Below are positions 1 to 9,449 of a DNA stretch of 64,000 nucleotides, piece by piece. The DNA is from a virus. The stretch spans positions 28,428 to 92,427 of IMG/VR virus record IMGVR_UViG_3300038429_000225, one strand, 5' to 3'. The position numbers and the translations under genes were made by a program. Numbering within the stretch: the stretch's first letter is position 1; each line of letters begins with the position of its first letter. The notes beneath the pieces were generated by a model. It did not search any database and had not been told where the DNA came from. It saw only the letters and a program-made list of their open reading frames with translations.

Positions 1-1423
1 GCAGCGGGCTCTCGTCCTTGTGCTCTTTCGTGGTCAATTGCGGCATCGCGCCAGCCTCGTAAAGCTGATTCTGCGCGTCGAGAAAAGAATCTCCAGAGCC
101 GGTGATACCAAACTTCTCGATCATCGTCGTCGCTTCGTCGTAGAATTGAAGAATACGGGAATGCCTCGAGAAACCATTCTTTATCAAACCGGAGGACGAA
201 GCAAAACTTCCCTGAGCACATCCAATGTTCGAGTAACCGCCATTCTGACTCAGTTCGTACAACAGACCCGTTCCAATAAACAGGTCGCGCGCCCATCGTG
301 CGGCAGAGGTCTTCCCAGTGCCCCCAGGACCGATGAGGACGGTATAGAATCTTGATTCTTGACTGGGGGTCTTGTACGGAAAAATTCGGTGTCCGCATAT
401 TGCTCCTACGACCGTCTTGATAGATTCGATCATGTACTCTTTCGGGACCACGTTATTTTCGCCGCACAACTGTGCGAAGTCTTCGTACAGTGTCCCGTTC
501 CAGCACCAGTATGGATACTCGAACTCTTCTTCACGAACTTCCTGGCCTTCGGCCTCTGCGGCTGAAACTGTCTCAATCGCAACCTGTGCTTGTTCGACGT
601 TTGCTTGTGCATACGATGCCACCACTGTCTGGCCGGCAGGAACACCACCAATCAACACGGTGGGACTCAAATCATCTTTTGGATACCTTGACACGCTGCG
701 CGCAATGCGCTTCACGTCGTCAACGGTCATGGGCGGCTTGCAACGCTCTTCGTTGATGCGCAGCAGCGCGGCTTCAATTTCCGCGTAGTCCAATCCCGCA
801 TGCCGCAGCTTTCCACCGATCGATGTCAACGTGTTGTCACGACCACCCTCAAGAATCGGCCCTATTTCAGTTGTTTCAGGATTCGCTGCGGGTGGTTTAG
901 ATCGTTGAGCAGACAGCCAACCCGCGAACCCATTGGGAGCGGAGATAATCGGAGAAGAGTCAAAAATTTCGTACTTAAGACCGGTATCCGGATGAGTAGA
1001 TCCGGGCGCCACCACAAATTCGTTAGCCTGACGAAATGATCCGAAAGGAAGACCAGTCGCACCACCTTTCGAAGACTGAATAATATTTCCACACTCTCTT
1101 GTTTCGTCCGTTTGTAAAAAGTAATAGTGCAACCGACCGGGTCGAGATTGCACAGTAAACGTTTTTACCGACGTGCCGGTTTCCTTTTCATACCGTTCCA
1201 TGGTGCCAGGAACATCCGACTCAAAGAAACAAACGCCGTCAGGTTTTGCTATACACGCACAGTTTGCCCCGGGCGTCTCCGAATCCCACGCCAAAATCTT
1301 ATCAACATCAGTTGTAGCGAGATTCTGAAAATTTTTCTCCAGGGGGATCTTACTCCGGGGGTGGAGTCTTGCTACCCGGACACCCCTCATTGCGAGAGGT
1401 AAAGCTAAATCCTTAAAGGACAT
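1..1423 (-). CDS. PrimPol primase-polymerase + PriCT-1 + P-loop helicase/ATPase (runs off the window start; not in the ORF track)
   Basis: Manual translation from ATG at 1423: MSFKDLALPLAMRG...ATTDVDKILAW...PGRLHYYF...VVAPGSTHPDTG (PrimPol), GGRDNTLTSIGGKLR...RCKPPMTVDDVKRIARSVSRY (PriCT-1), Walker A GPGGTGKT, Walker B-like QFYDE. No stop before base 1. Confidence 0.88.
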   Translation of the reverse strand, partial: MSFKDLALPLAMRGVRVARLHPRSKIPLEKNFQNLATTDVDKILAWDSETPGANCACIAKPDGVCFFESDVPGTMERYEKETGTSVKTFTVQSRPGRLHYYFLQTDETRECGNIIQSSKGGATGLPFGSFRQANEFVVAPGSTHPDTGLKYEIFDSSPIISAPNGFAGWLSAQRSKPPAANPETTEIGPILEGGRDNTLTSIGGKLRHAGLDYAEIEAALLRINEERCKPPMTVDDVKRIARSVSRYPKDDLSPTVLIGGVPAGQTVVASYAQANVEQAQVAIETVSAAEAEGQEVREEEFEYPYWCWNGTLYEDFAQLCGENNVVPKEYMIESIKTVVGAICGHRIFPYKTPSQESRFYTVLIGPGGTGKTSAARWARDLFIGTGLLYELSQNGGYSNIGCAQGSFASSSGLIKNGFSRHSRILQFYDEATTMIEKFGITGSGDSFLDAQNQLYEAGAMPQLTTKEHKDESPL

Positions 1424-1838
1424 TTTCTCTCCGAATTCTATCTGCCTCTACGTGGTGCTTTTTGCAGAGCCAAATCACCTCTAACGGTTTGTCATAATCT
1501 TCGTGATGTGATTCAACTTTTTCTGCCCCACAAACAACACAAGGCGTCTTCACCAACCGCCTATCTCTAACGGCATTTGCTACAGCCTGTCGTGCTCTCC
1601 TCTCTTTACCGAATTGATGATCTTTGAAATACTTCACTCGTAACGCGATGCGGTGAGGTAAACTCGATCGTCTACGGTCATATTCCTGAATCTCTTTGAG
1701 TTTTTCGCTGCGTCTTTTGTTTGCTTCTTTCTTGCAACACTCAATACACTTCCCAAGCCGACCGTCAGACATACCACGGTGCTCGTAGAAATCTTCGATC
1801 GGCTTAGGAACATTACACTTAAAACAAGTCTTAATCAA
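1413..1838 (-). CDS. HNH endonuclease-like protein
   Basis: N-terminal CxxC...CxxC and C-terminal CVVC...HHEDYDKPLEVIWLCKKHH, typical of phage HNH proteins. Confidence 0.75.
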   Translation of the reverse strand: MIKTCFKCNVPKPIEDFYEHRGMSDGRLGKCIECCKKEANKRRSEKLKEIQEYDRRRSSLPHRIALRVKYFKDHQFGKERRARQAVANAVRDRRLVKTPCVVCGAEKVESHHEDYDKPLEVIWLCKKHHVEADRIRRENVL

Positions 1839-2392
1839 AAGGGTAAATCCTCATCAGCTGTTTCCACGGGCGGTGCCGCTGGTGCTTGTACCGACGCCGC
1901 GGGCTGCGCGGGGGCGGCGGTTGCTGGACGGGCTGCTTGAGTGTTTGGCTGTTGAGTTTTCGAACGATCCTTGTTCCGAACAAAGTCGGCAGGAATCTGG
2001 AAGTTCTGACCAGACTTGGGGGCCAGAATTGCCTTGACATTGACACACGGTGTGCCGTCTTTCTTGGTCGCAGGCACGATCACCAGTTGAAAATTCTTGC
2101 CAATGAGAAGGTCCAATTCGTACGGAATGGACGGGGCTGCACCAAGCATATCCCGAACATCGGCATACAAGTTTGACTTCTCGTGAAGAACTGCGTTGTA
2201 GGATTTCTGCACACGGAAGAAGTTTCCTTCCGAATCCGTCGCGTTGAGAATCCAAATAAGACGCGTCCGAGGCTTGATTCCATACATCCCTTGGACCATC
2301 CCGAGGTCGATCACGTCTGCGAGAACGCCTTCATACAAACCACCCTTCGGTTGCTCGTAGACTTTGTTGCTTCCTGAGACTAGCATAAGCAT
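1835..2392 (-). CDS. Phage ssDNA-binding/replication protein (OB-fold, acidic tail)
   Basis: DVIDLG and HEKSNL motifs, Pro/Ala linker, C-terminus DEDLPF resembling SSB tails; lies next to the primase. Confidence 0.7.
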   Translation of the reverse strand: MLMLVSGSNKVYEQPKGGLYEGVLADVIDLGMVQGMYGIKPRTRLIWILNATDSEGNFFRVQKSYNAVLHEKSNLYADVRDMLGAAPSIPYELDLLIGKNFQLVIVPATKKDGTPCVNVKAILAPKSGQNFQIPADFVRNKDRSKTQQPNTQAARPATAAPAQPAASVQAPAAPPVETADEDLPF

Positions 2393-2438
2393 TGCTCCTT
2401 TTTCATTTTGTCTTTGCATTCAGGCTTGTGCCCGAAAC

Positions 2439-3143
2439 TCAATGTTGTTCGACGTATGGGATGCGCTTGACATCAAAAGGCACAGCCTTCGTCTCGGCTT
2501 CCACGTCCTGCTCCTTCAAATTTTTATACCACACCTTCGTATTTGGATCCCACCGATACTTGGCGTCCTTGGCTTTGTAGTTCGTATCGAATGTCACTAT
2601 CGCTTGCAGGGCCATCCGCGGAGACAGCGCGCGCTCCATAACCTTGTCCAGCGGGTACTCCTCGATCAAGCACAACACTGACAAGGCATCGCACAGCGCC
2701 TGGTGTGGAAATGGATTCAGCTTCCCGTGATCGGCCATCATGTACGACAGCCTATTCTGTTGCGCACCCGGGAGATCAGTTTCAATATCGATCACCGGCT
2801 TCTCAATCGGATCAACCTTCTCGCGCAGGCACCAGTTCTTGTAGAACGGAAGATCGAAGTCCCGAATGTTCTTGCCCGCGATCGTCTCCGCGAGATCAAA
2901 AATGTTCTGCAACCGCGCCAAGGCGTCGGACGAAGTAAGCCCGAACTTTTCCACCATGCCGGTACTGATACCGGTAAGGTCGGTGATGTTCTTGGGAATC
3001 TTGATCTCATTGTCGACCAGATACCCCTCGCTCATCAACGGATGCTTACGGGTAGTACTGTACAGAATGGCGCCCACTTCGGTGACGCGATCCTGGTTGC
3101 GGTCCAGCCCGGTTGTCTCCAGGTCAAAAGCGGCTATTAACAT
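2439..3143 (-). CDS. DnaQ-like DEDDh 3'-5' exonuclease
   Basis: ExoI DLETTG, ExoII N..DFDLPF, ExoIII HQALCDA. Confidence 0.88.
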   Translation of the reverse strand: MLIAAFDLETTGLDRNQDRVTEVGAILYSTTRKHPLMSEGYLVDNEIKIPKNITDLTGISTGMVEKFGLTSSDALARLQNIFDLAETIAGKNIRDFDLPFYKNWCLREKVDPIEKPVIDIETDLPGAQQNRLSYMMADHGKLNPFPHQALCDALSVLCLIEEYPLDKVMERALSPRMALQAIVTFDTNYKAKDAKYRWDPNTKVWYKNLKEQDVEAETKAVPFDVKRIPYVEQH

Positions 3144-3145
3144 GA

Positions 3146-3523
3146 TTATGCTCCTAGTGAATCCATCGACTCTTCGTCGACCGGAACGATCGAACGCTTT
3201 TCGTGAGCGGTAACTGTTCTCCGCTTTATGTCTTGGGTCCAGTAAATCCCGCTGAAATACAAAGTCGTCTCGGTGCCGTCTTTGATTTTTATGCGAAGAC
3301 TTGCCGCCGGCTTTTCAAGACCGGGAACGACCGCAGGCATTGCACCATTCTTGAATGCGGCGTACTCAACAGCTCTCAACTGCGCTCCCGGGCCGTCGAA
3401 GATAGCAATATAAATGCCACCCGTGTCGGTATCGAGAGCTTCAACACGCCACTGGGGAGGAAAGCCCTCCACAACAGCCAACGTGTCTTCCATCGGGATG
3501 TACTTAATCTTTTTAATTGCCAT
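3146..3523 (-). CDS. Hypothetical protein
   Basis: ORF with RBS (GGAGAAG) downstream of a sigma70 promoter. Confidence 0.6.
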   Translation of the reverse strand: MAIKKIKYIPMEDTLAVVEGFPPQWRVEALDTDTGGIYIAIFDGPGAQLRAVEYAAFKNGAMPAVVPGLEKPAASLRIKIKDGTETTLYFSGIYWTQDIKRRTVTAHEKRSIVPVDEESMDSLGA

Positions 3524-3851
3524 CGTCTTCTCCATATCCCATCTCCGCAAGAATACCACCTTCTAGTTTCGGTGTCAAGTCTTTTTTCTCAGGAACTGGC
3601 ACCACTTCTTCGGGTGTCTTTTCTTTTGTAGGATATGATCCCCGAAGCGTAACTCGCGGCACCTTGAGATTCTCTAAAGCGCTGTCAATAAGAGCGTTGG
3701 ACAAATCAACGCCCCACATCTTCGCGAGCATAAGAATCGCAAAAAGCCGTGCTTTGATTTCCTCTGGACCCCACGCTCGCGCGTGACGAACTAGTTCCAG
3801 AAGACGATATTCAATCTCGTCTTTGTCTCTGGTAACTCTTCGGCGCGCCAC
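3513..3851 (-). CDS. Hypothetical protein
   Basis: Translationally coupled ORF in the operon. Confidence 0.55.
   Translation of the reverse strand: MARRRVTRDKDEIEYRLLELVRHARAWGPEEIKARLFAILMLAKMWGVDLSNALIDSALENLKVPRVTLRGSYPTKEKTPEEVVPVPEKKDLTPKLEGGILAEMGYGEDDGN
3550..3578 (-). promoter_or_regulatory. Sigma70-type promoter driving the replication genes
   Basis: TTGACA-17 bp-TATTCT on the minus strand, inside the 3' end of the upstream ORF. Confidence 0.7.
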
Positions 3852-4174
3852 TACAGTTTCCCTGGACGTACTGCGAAATCCTTGACAGCATATGGAGCAA
3901 TTCTTGTAGCAACTTCCATCAAATCAGACCAATCTCTGAAAGGAAGTAAAGCCTGCGCAGACTCAAGAAGTGTCATCCCCCCTAAACAGGCCCATTGAAG
4001 AGTCTTGGCAATACGCTCTTCCCTTGGCAGCCGCGAAAAATAGAATGCTGACGTTGCGTCGTCAAGCTGCGTCTTACGATCGGGTTTCAGATTCGCCGGT
4101 ACTTCCTTCCCGCAGCAGCGCACATGGCTGCTCGGGAGGTTTTTCTGACTGTCTATCTCGATCACTTTCCCCAT
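3851..4174 (-). CDS. Hypothetical protein
   Basis: Fills the operon gap; overlaps the 3' end of the ClpP-like gene by about 100 nt. Confidence 0.5.
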   Translation of the reverse strand: MGKVIEIDSQKNLPSSHVRCCGKEVPANLKPDRKTQLDDATSAFYFSRLPREERIAKTLQWACLGGMTLLESAQALLPFRDWSDLMEVATRIAPYAVKDFAVRPGKL

Positions 4175-4631
4175 CTATCCACCTCATGACTTTTGCATCT
4201 TCCGCAATTTCATCGATCAGGCCCAACTCCAGGGCCCGATTCGCATTGATAAACTTATCGTCAAACATCCCGATCGCTTCTATGAACGGAAGCCCAGCGC
4301 GCTGCGCAGCCATTTCAACAAGCTGGGTAAACAACCGAAACTCCTGATCAGAAACGCCTTCTTCTGCACGATGGAACAGCAGCAAGCTGCTGTTGGTCAT
4401 GGTTCGCCACTTGCCAGCCTGGAGCAGTACAGCCGCAGCCGACTGGGCAAGCCCCACCACATGCGTGTTGATCTCCTGGTGCTTGATCACATCGAACATC
4501 CCGTAGGTCAAACCGGTGTCTCCACCATGCGAAGATATCACAACATCTGTGATAAACCGACCGGCTGCTCCCCTAAAGAACGAGGTGGCCATTGCGGGAC
4601 TGATCTCTCCGACCACGTAGAAGTTACTCAT
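4074..4631 (-). CDS. ClpP-like serine protease
   Basis: ISSHGG, GLAQSAAAVLLQAG (catalytic Ser), LLFH (His), A.ELGLIDEI. Confidence 0.82.
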   Translation of the reverse strand: MSNFYVVGEISPAMATSFFRGAAGRFITDVVISSHGGDTGLTYGMFDVIKHQEINTHVVGLAQSAAAVLLQAGKWRTMTNSSLLLFHRAEEGVSDQEFRLFTQLVEMAAQRAGLPFIEAIGMFDDKFINANRALELGLIDEIAEDAKVMRWIDGESDRDRQSEKPPEQPCALLREGSTGESETRS

Positions 4632-4921
4632 TGAGCTGGTCCTTTTTCTTCAACGTATGGCCGAATGAGGTCTTTCCGCTCCAACCATATTCGACGGAAA
4701 TTGTGCATCGGCCAAAATTCTAGATTATCAAGACTCTTTGGCTTGTTCTCGTCTGCAACTATTGTTAACCCTTGATACGTGAGGACTTCTCCTAAGACAG
4801 CTTGCATCCTCTCCCCAAGCACCTCTTCAGTCGGGTGCTCAACGAGAAACGCTTGCCCTTTCGTTAGATTGGGTCCGTCGGGCCGCTTGAGAAGTCCTCG
4901 AACAATCACCAGGGTCTGCAT
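4628..4921 (-). CDS. Hypothetical protein
   Basis: Coupled ORF. Confidence 0.6.
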   Translation of the reverse strand: MQTLVIVRGLLKRPDGPNLTKGQAFLVEHPTEEVLGERMQAVLGEVLTYQGLTIVADENKPKSLDNLEFWPMHNFRRIWLERKDLIRPYVEEKGPAQ

Positions 4922-4924
4922 CGA

Positions 4925-5254
4925 TTACTCCAAAGTTACTTTTGTTTCTTTCGTCTTCATCGCATCGGCGATCTGCTTCTCAGCGATCGCGCGCTGCAAA
5001 TCAACAGAGCCCGCTTCCTGAATCTGCTTCGGTTCCGGGACGTTATGATTGCCCGTCGTAGCGCCCTTAACTTCACACACATCGGAGCAATACGAAAACC
5101 GAGCATTGTTTCCCAGAGTGATCGTACGAGTCGTCCGCAGCCACGCTGGCAACTCGCTGATCGCCTTCTGATCGCGCGGATCGAATGACACCTCGTTGGG
5201 GCAATCGGGTCCGTCGCACTTAATTATCCTCGTTACTTTATCGTCAATTCCCAA
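4925..5254 (-). CDS. Zn-binding hypothetical protein
   Basis: CDGPDC...CSDVC; RBS AGGAG before a TTG start. Confidence 0.6.
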   Translation of the reverse strand: MGIDDKVTRIIKCDGPDCPNEVSFDPRDQKAISELPAWLRTTRTITLGNNARFSYCSDVCEVKGATTGNHNVPEPKQIQEAGSVDLQRAIAEKQIADAMKTKETKVTLE

Positions 5255-5261
5255 AGTAGTT

Positions 5262-5345
5262 CTCCTTTTGCTTTTTGCTTATTTTCTCAACTTGCTTCAA
5301 AAAATCTTGTTGAGATAAAACACTTTTCATTCGATTACAAATCGA
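5262..5345 (-). pseudogene. C-terminal remnant of an HNH endonuclease
   Basis: Minus strand reads SICNRMKSVLSQQDFLKQVEKI, which resembles the CNxxKS...F tail of the HNH at 43212-43436. Confidence 0.5.
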
Positions 5346-5350
5346 GTTAC

Positions 5351-5827
5351 CTAAATTTGATCAAATACAGGACAGCCACCTCTTAAAACTCCCAGATACT
5401 TATGAAAAAATACACCGAGCTCTTCAAAACCTGAATATACGCCGTCACCACCGAACGCAACAAATGGATGCTCTTTTCGCTTGGCGTCTGCAATAATGAA
5501 AATCAACTTCCCCTTCGCGCGCGAGTACCCAATCTCAAACATAGTACCCATCGAGGGATACCCACTTGCCATTGGCAGAAGATTCGCGACAACAATATCC
5601 GACCGATCAATCAGATCTAGATCCGTCCGATATGTCATGTAGGCAGCCGACCCGAACTTGCGAAGCTTTGATATATCAAGCGTAACTAGATCGGATGGAA
5701 TTCTGAATAAGAGCTCATCCTTGTATTCCTCGACGAACTGCTTTCGCCAAATGTAATCCTCAGGACCGCGTATGGCGCCGGCAAGATAGACTGTCATCTT
5801 TCCGATGTTGGTTTTCAATTTTCCCAC
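5351..5827 (-). CDS. Nucleoside 2'-deoxyribosyltransferase / DNPH1-like N-glycosidase
   Basis: VYLAG, DLDLIDRSDIVVANL, SMGTMFEIGYSRAKGK. Confidence 0.82.
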   Translation of the reverse strand: MGKLKTNIGKMTVYLAGAIRGPEDYIWRKQFVEEYKDELLFRIPSDLVTLDISKLRKFGSAAYMTYRTDLDLIDRSDIVVANLLPMASGYPSMGTMFEIGYSRAKGKLIFIIADAKRKEHPFVAFGGDGVYSGFEELGVFFHKYLGVLRGGCPVFDQI

Positions 5828-6462
5828 TTCCGCACCAGACGCATCTGGTGCTTTAGAATTTCAACTGCATAGGCCTTGACCAATGACATCTGCCCGGACT
5901 TCGCGATGACGCGATAGTCGTAGTTCCAACCATCCAGTTCAATCTCAGACTGGTGGCCGGCGGGTCGACTCTTGTCTAAATACTGCGTACCATCTTCGTT
6001 CAGCCGACGGACGTTGACAGTCGCGCCGCCGAGCTCTGTAATTGCGATCGCCTCGTTGGTGAATCGCATATCCGGGACAACTATCACGCCAACAGATTCA
6101 TCGATTGATCGTTTAAACTGCTCGATCCAATAGTTCGGACGCCACCGACGCCGATACTCTGTTCCCCACCACTGCAAAAGCAACGAATGCTTTCCGAGCG
6201 GCATCATCGGATCTGACATGTCTGGATTTGGATCCGCTTTGACATAATCGGGAAACGGCACTCCTGGCTCCGGACCGTATGCCAACAGCATCTCAATATC
6301 GCCTCCGTGCCGCGTCAAAGCATCATTGACTTCCCTTTTCAACGCGTCCGCGAAACCAACACGCTTACAAGGGGTGCTGTGATCAACACAAAATTCTTGG
6401 ATGCCAGTGGCTGCGGTATCTTTCCCGTTCCTCGCTTTATTACCTAGGCCAATTATAATCAT
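5815..6462 (-). CDS. Deoxynucleoside monophosphate kinase
   Basis: GNKARNGKDT P-loop, FADALK, LLQWWGTE, DMRFTNE, HQSE. Confidence 0.88.
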   Translation of the reverse strand: MIIIGLGNKARNGKDTAATGIQEFCVDHSTPCKRVGFADALKREVNDALTRHGGDIEMLLAYGPEPGVPFPDYVKADPNPDMSDPMMPLGKHSLLLQWWGTEYRRRWRPNYWIEQFKRSIDESVGVIVVPDMRFTNEAIAITELGGATVNVRRLNEDGTQYLDKSRPAGHQSEIELDGWNYDYRVIAKSGQMSLVKAYAVEILKHQMRLVRKWEN

Positions 6463-7239
6463 TTAGACCTTCCTTGCGGAACCCTCAAACCACGATCCGC
6501 AATCCAAACAATGAATACGATCTTTCTTTCGCAGATTCGTAAAACGGCAACCGTCTTGCTTGACGTTGGTCGAGCCGCAGCGCAGACAGTGTTCGATGCC
6601 CCCGAAGTTGACGTTCGGATGCGTTGTGTGCCACGGAAGAAACTTGTAATACAGTTCCTCGAGCAAGAAGATATCGCGCCGATTGTAGCGCTTCATCAAC
6701 GACCAGGACTTCATGTCTCCAGCCATACACGTCAGCCAAAGATGCGCACCTGTGTGGGGCATCTTGCGCCCGATGCCGAGATCACGACAAAGATCATCAA
6801 GCTTGTTAGACTTAAAGTTAAACTTGTGCCGCGCAATCTTCAAGGTATCAACCGTTTGATAAGGCTTCGGGGGCCGCAGTCCAAGAGCGACGAACCGCGT
6901 GTTAATTGTAGCCAAGTCAAACTTGTCGCCGTTGTGGGCCACGACGATATCCGCCTCATCCAAGTCGTGCCACAATTCTACCAGCAAATCGCTGTCATCG
7001 GTTTTACTTTCTGCCCACTTAGGATAGTCAGGAAGGCCGCGAGTTTTCGCGCCTTTCTTACCCGCCTTCTTTAGCGAGTATGACAAGAGGTATCCGTTTT
7101 GCAGAAAATCAATAACGTTCTGTTCCCACTTCCCCCAAACATAGCCAAGCGATGGAGCGGTTTCGATATCAAGAAAGATAATCTTGCTATCGGTGGATCC
7201 CCGCTGTGGCTTGTAAATTAACAGTTCATCAATTTTCAT
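6463..7239 (-). CDS. RNase H-fold (DnaQ/PolB-exo-like) exonuclease with C-terminal Zn ribbon
   Basis: FLDIETAP, HNGDKFD, DTLKIAR, YNRRDI, then CLRC...CLDC. Start moved to the ATG at 7239 (RBS AGGAG). Confidence 0.82.
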   Translation of the reverse strand: MKIDELLIYKPQRGSTDSKIIFLDIETAPSLGYVWGKWEQNVIDFLQNGYLLSYSLKKAGKKGAKTRGLPDYPKWAESKTDDSDLLVELWHDLDEADIVVAHNGDKFDLATINTRFVALGLRPPKPYQTVDTLKIARHKFNFKSNKLDDLCRDLGIGRKMPHTGAHLWLTCMAGDMKSWSLMKRYNRRDIFLLEELYYKFLPWHTTHPNVNFGGIEHCLRCGSTNVKQDGCRFTNLRKKDRIHCLDCGSWFEGSARKV

Positions 7240-7474
7240 ACTTCTCCTTTTCTCGCAAAGCTTGAATGACAACAGGATTTCCATAAAACTTAATGCGATG
7301 GTGATTGTGTACTTTCTCCGTCTGGAACTCTGGACCGATCGAACCCATTGCATAATCGAAGGATCCCGAACGCATGCTAAAACCCAGTTTACTGAGAAGT
7401 TCGCGCCTCGAGTAAACTTCGTCGTTCGGCGCTTCTTTCAGAATTCTCAACAAACGATCAAGAACATTCATCAA
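7229..7474 (-). CDS. Hypothetical protein (possible winged helix)
   Basis: Coupled ORF with RBS. Confidence 0.5.
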   Translation of the reverse strand: MMNVLDRLLRILKEAPNDEVYSRRELLSKLGFSMRSGSFDYAMGSIGPEFQTEKVHNHHRIKFYGNPVVIQALREKEKYEN

Positions 7475-7486
7475 AACCCCTTTTCT

Positions 7487-8212
7487 TTAAATCGCGTGGC
7501 CAGCAAAAACTCCACTAACGAATCCACCAACGAAACCCCACTTGAATCCGTTGAGCCACGACTTTCGCTGCGCTGCTTTCGCTGCCTTGGCATCTACTTT
7601 CCTCGCTGCCGCGGTGTCTGCGATCTGCTTGTTCAGCCCCGCAATCACTTCATCTTTCTTTCCGGAAACTTGATTGCATCCAGCCAACTCCGCATCCGTC
7701 TGCACGATCGTTTCGGTTAGAGCCGGAATATTTTCTAACTGCTTCACTGTAGCACGGGCCCCGGCGTCTGTCAAGAGCAATTTGTTATCGGCCGTCGGTG
7801 TGATATCCCCCGGCTGAAGATTCGCTAGATAGGCCCAGCGGCTCGCCAGATCGGGCAATGGAAGATTCTGGTCGATCGCTTGATGAGCGGCGGCAGCGGC
7901 TTGAGCCACCTTGATCTTCGCAATTTGCTGCGCCGTGTCAATCGCCACTTGCGCGCGAAGCTGGGCCAGTTGACCCACAAGCTGTTGATTCGTAACTGCA
8001 TCGGTGTTAACCACTTGCTGGGCCGCGGTTGCTTGCCGCGCATCACGGCGGTCCAGATAATCGATGCCTTTCGAGTAGAAATGAAACCCCGCGAACAGGC
8101 ACGCCGCAACAATCAAAATCTTCTCGTGCGCCTTAATAAAGGCTGCGTACGTGTGCACCCAATGGGGTAGCAAGGTCACTGGAGGGACTACTGGATTAGA
8201 TGAAGTACTCAT
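7487..8212 (-). CDS. Membrane-anchored coiled-coil protein
   Basis: N-terminal TM segment, Ala/Gln coiled coil, C-terminal Gly-rich hydrophobic tail. Confidence 0.65.
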   Translation of the reverse strand: MSTSSNPVVPPVTLLPHWVHTYAAFIKAHEKILIVAACLFAGFHFYSKGIDYLDRRDARQATAAQQVVNTDAVTNQQLVGQLAQLRAQVAIDTAQQIAKIKVAQAAAAAHQAIDQNLPLPDLASRWAYLANLQPGDITPTADNKLLLTDAGARATVKQLENIPALTETIVQTDAELAGCNQVSGKKDEVIAGLNKQIADTAAARKVDAKAAKAAQRKSWLNGFKWGFVGGFVSGVFAGHAI

Positions 8213-8604
8213 TTGGTGTCTCCATAAGACTGACGGGTTACGGCATGCTGTTTCTGTTCTTCTAACTTCTCTTTCCTCAACATCTTACGGTGCTTCTTGG
8301 TCCCGATCCGTCCCGGATAGCCGTAGTGAGGCGCGCCTAGAGCAGCCTCGGCCGGCGGATTCTTGAGGTACATGAATGCCGCGAGAATCAACACCACGCT
8401 GTCCCCAAAGCGGCCCAGGGCGCGGTTACAACGCGCACACAGGAGCCCGCGGACCAGGCCGTCCGTGTGATCATGATCCGTGTTGGCTTTCTTCAATGGA
8501 TGCCCGCAGATCGCGCAGAGCCCTTTCTGATAGTCCCAAATCTTCTGCCACTTCTCGATCGTCAGCTTAAAGTTGTCCATCAAATACTTGGCGCGTGCCT
8601 TCAT
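8209..8604 (-). CDS. Endonuclease VII-like protein
   Basis: QKGLCAIC...DHDHTDGLVRGLLCARCNRALG. Confidence 0.88.
   Translation of the reverse strand: MKARAKYLMDNFKLTIEKWQKIWDYQKGLCAICGHPLKKANTDHDHTDGLVRGLLCARCNRALGRFGDSVVLILAAFMYLKNPPAEAALGAPHYGYPGRIGTKKHRKMLRKEKLEEQKQHAVTRQSYGDTK
8218..8247 (-). promoter_or_regulatory. 30-bp motif, copy 1 (candidate phage-specific promoter)
   Basis: CATGCCGTAACccGTCAGTCTTATGGAGAC; 28/30 identical to 18673-18702. Confidence 0.5.
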
Positions 8605-9449
8605 CGCAGATACAGCGCCGTCGCCGCCTCGTGTTCTTGAAACGCGTCTATGTCTTGAATGCCAGCCACCTCTCGAAGCTTGTTCTGCTTCATAACGACC
8701 GCACGCAACGCATTCACCTTCTGCTCCAGGGTTCCTTGGGGCAGGATGCCGCCGGTGCGGTGGTAACTGTACCAGCCCATGTGATAGGCACGTGGAACGA
8801 AAGGCCAGAGCGATGAGAGCCCGTATCGTCTCATCATGTTCTGAATGAGAATGTCTTGCTCAACCCCTGGCCCGAACGTCTGATCCTGAATGCGCTCTGA
8901 GTGGAGAAGCAGATCCAAAGATGTTCTGGGGAAACACGTGGCCCAGGACATGTATGCACCTTTCACCCGCGTACACGCATTGACATCCTTGATTGTCTCG
9001 TCCATCGCGTATCGACCGTTTGATTCAAAATTGAGACTACGGTTCAGTCGGCCGGCACAGGAAACCCACGGCCTGAACTTCTCATAAACCTGTTCGTTCC
9101 AGGTGAAAAAATCTTTTGTGATAAGAACGTCATCTTCGATGATATACACTAACCGGTTCTCGCAGAAAGTCGCCTCTTCAAGAGCGGACAACAGATTGTA
9201 GCTATTGCCGTAAGTCGTATGGGGAACAGGCGCAGTGTAGTGAAACTGAAAGCCGAATTCTTTCTCAAAGTATTGAATCGTTGCCAGCATCTCCATCTCG
9301 ACCGTGAATCCCTTCGGCTTATCAGAATGAATATCCTCACAAACCATCACGATCTTGTCTTCTATTCCCTCGGCTGCCAGAAGACTTTCTAGACAGAGCC
9401 ACAGAAACTCCGGACGATCAAATGTGGGAACGATCACGATGTCATGCAT
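8601..9449 (-). CDS. GT-A glycosyltransferase
   Basis: IVIVPTFDRPEFL...IIEDDV; paralog of the next gene. Confidence 0.75.
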   Translation of the reverse strand: MHDIVIVPTFDRPEFLWLCLESLLAAEGIEDKIVMVCEDIHSDKPKGFTVEMEMLATIQYFEKEFGFQFHYTAPVPHTTYGNSYNLLSALEEATFCENRLVYIIEDDVLITKDFFTWNEQVYEKFRPWVSCAGRLNRSLNFESNGRYAMDETIKDVNACTRVKGAYMSWATCFPRTSLDLLLHSERIQDQTFGPGVEQDILIQNMMRRYGLSSLWPFVPRAYHMGWYSYHRTGGILPQGTLEQKVNALRAVVMKQNKLREVAGIQDIDAFQEHEAATALYLR

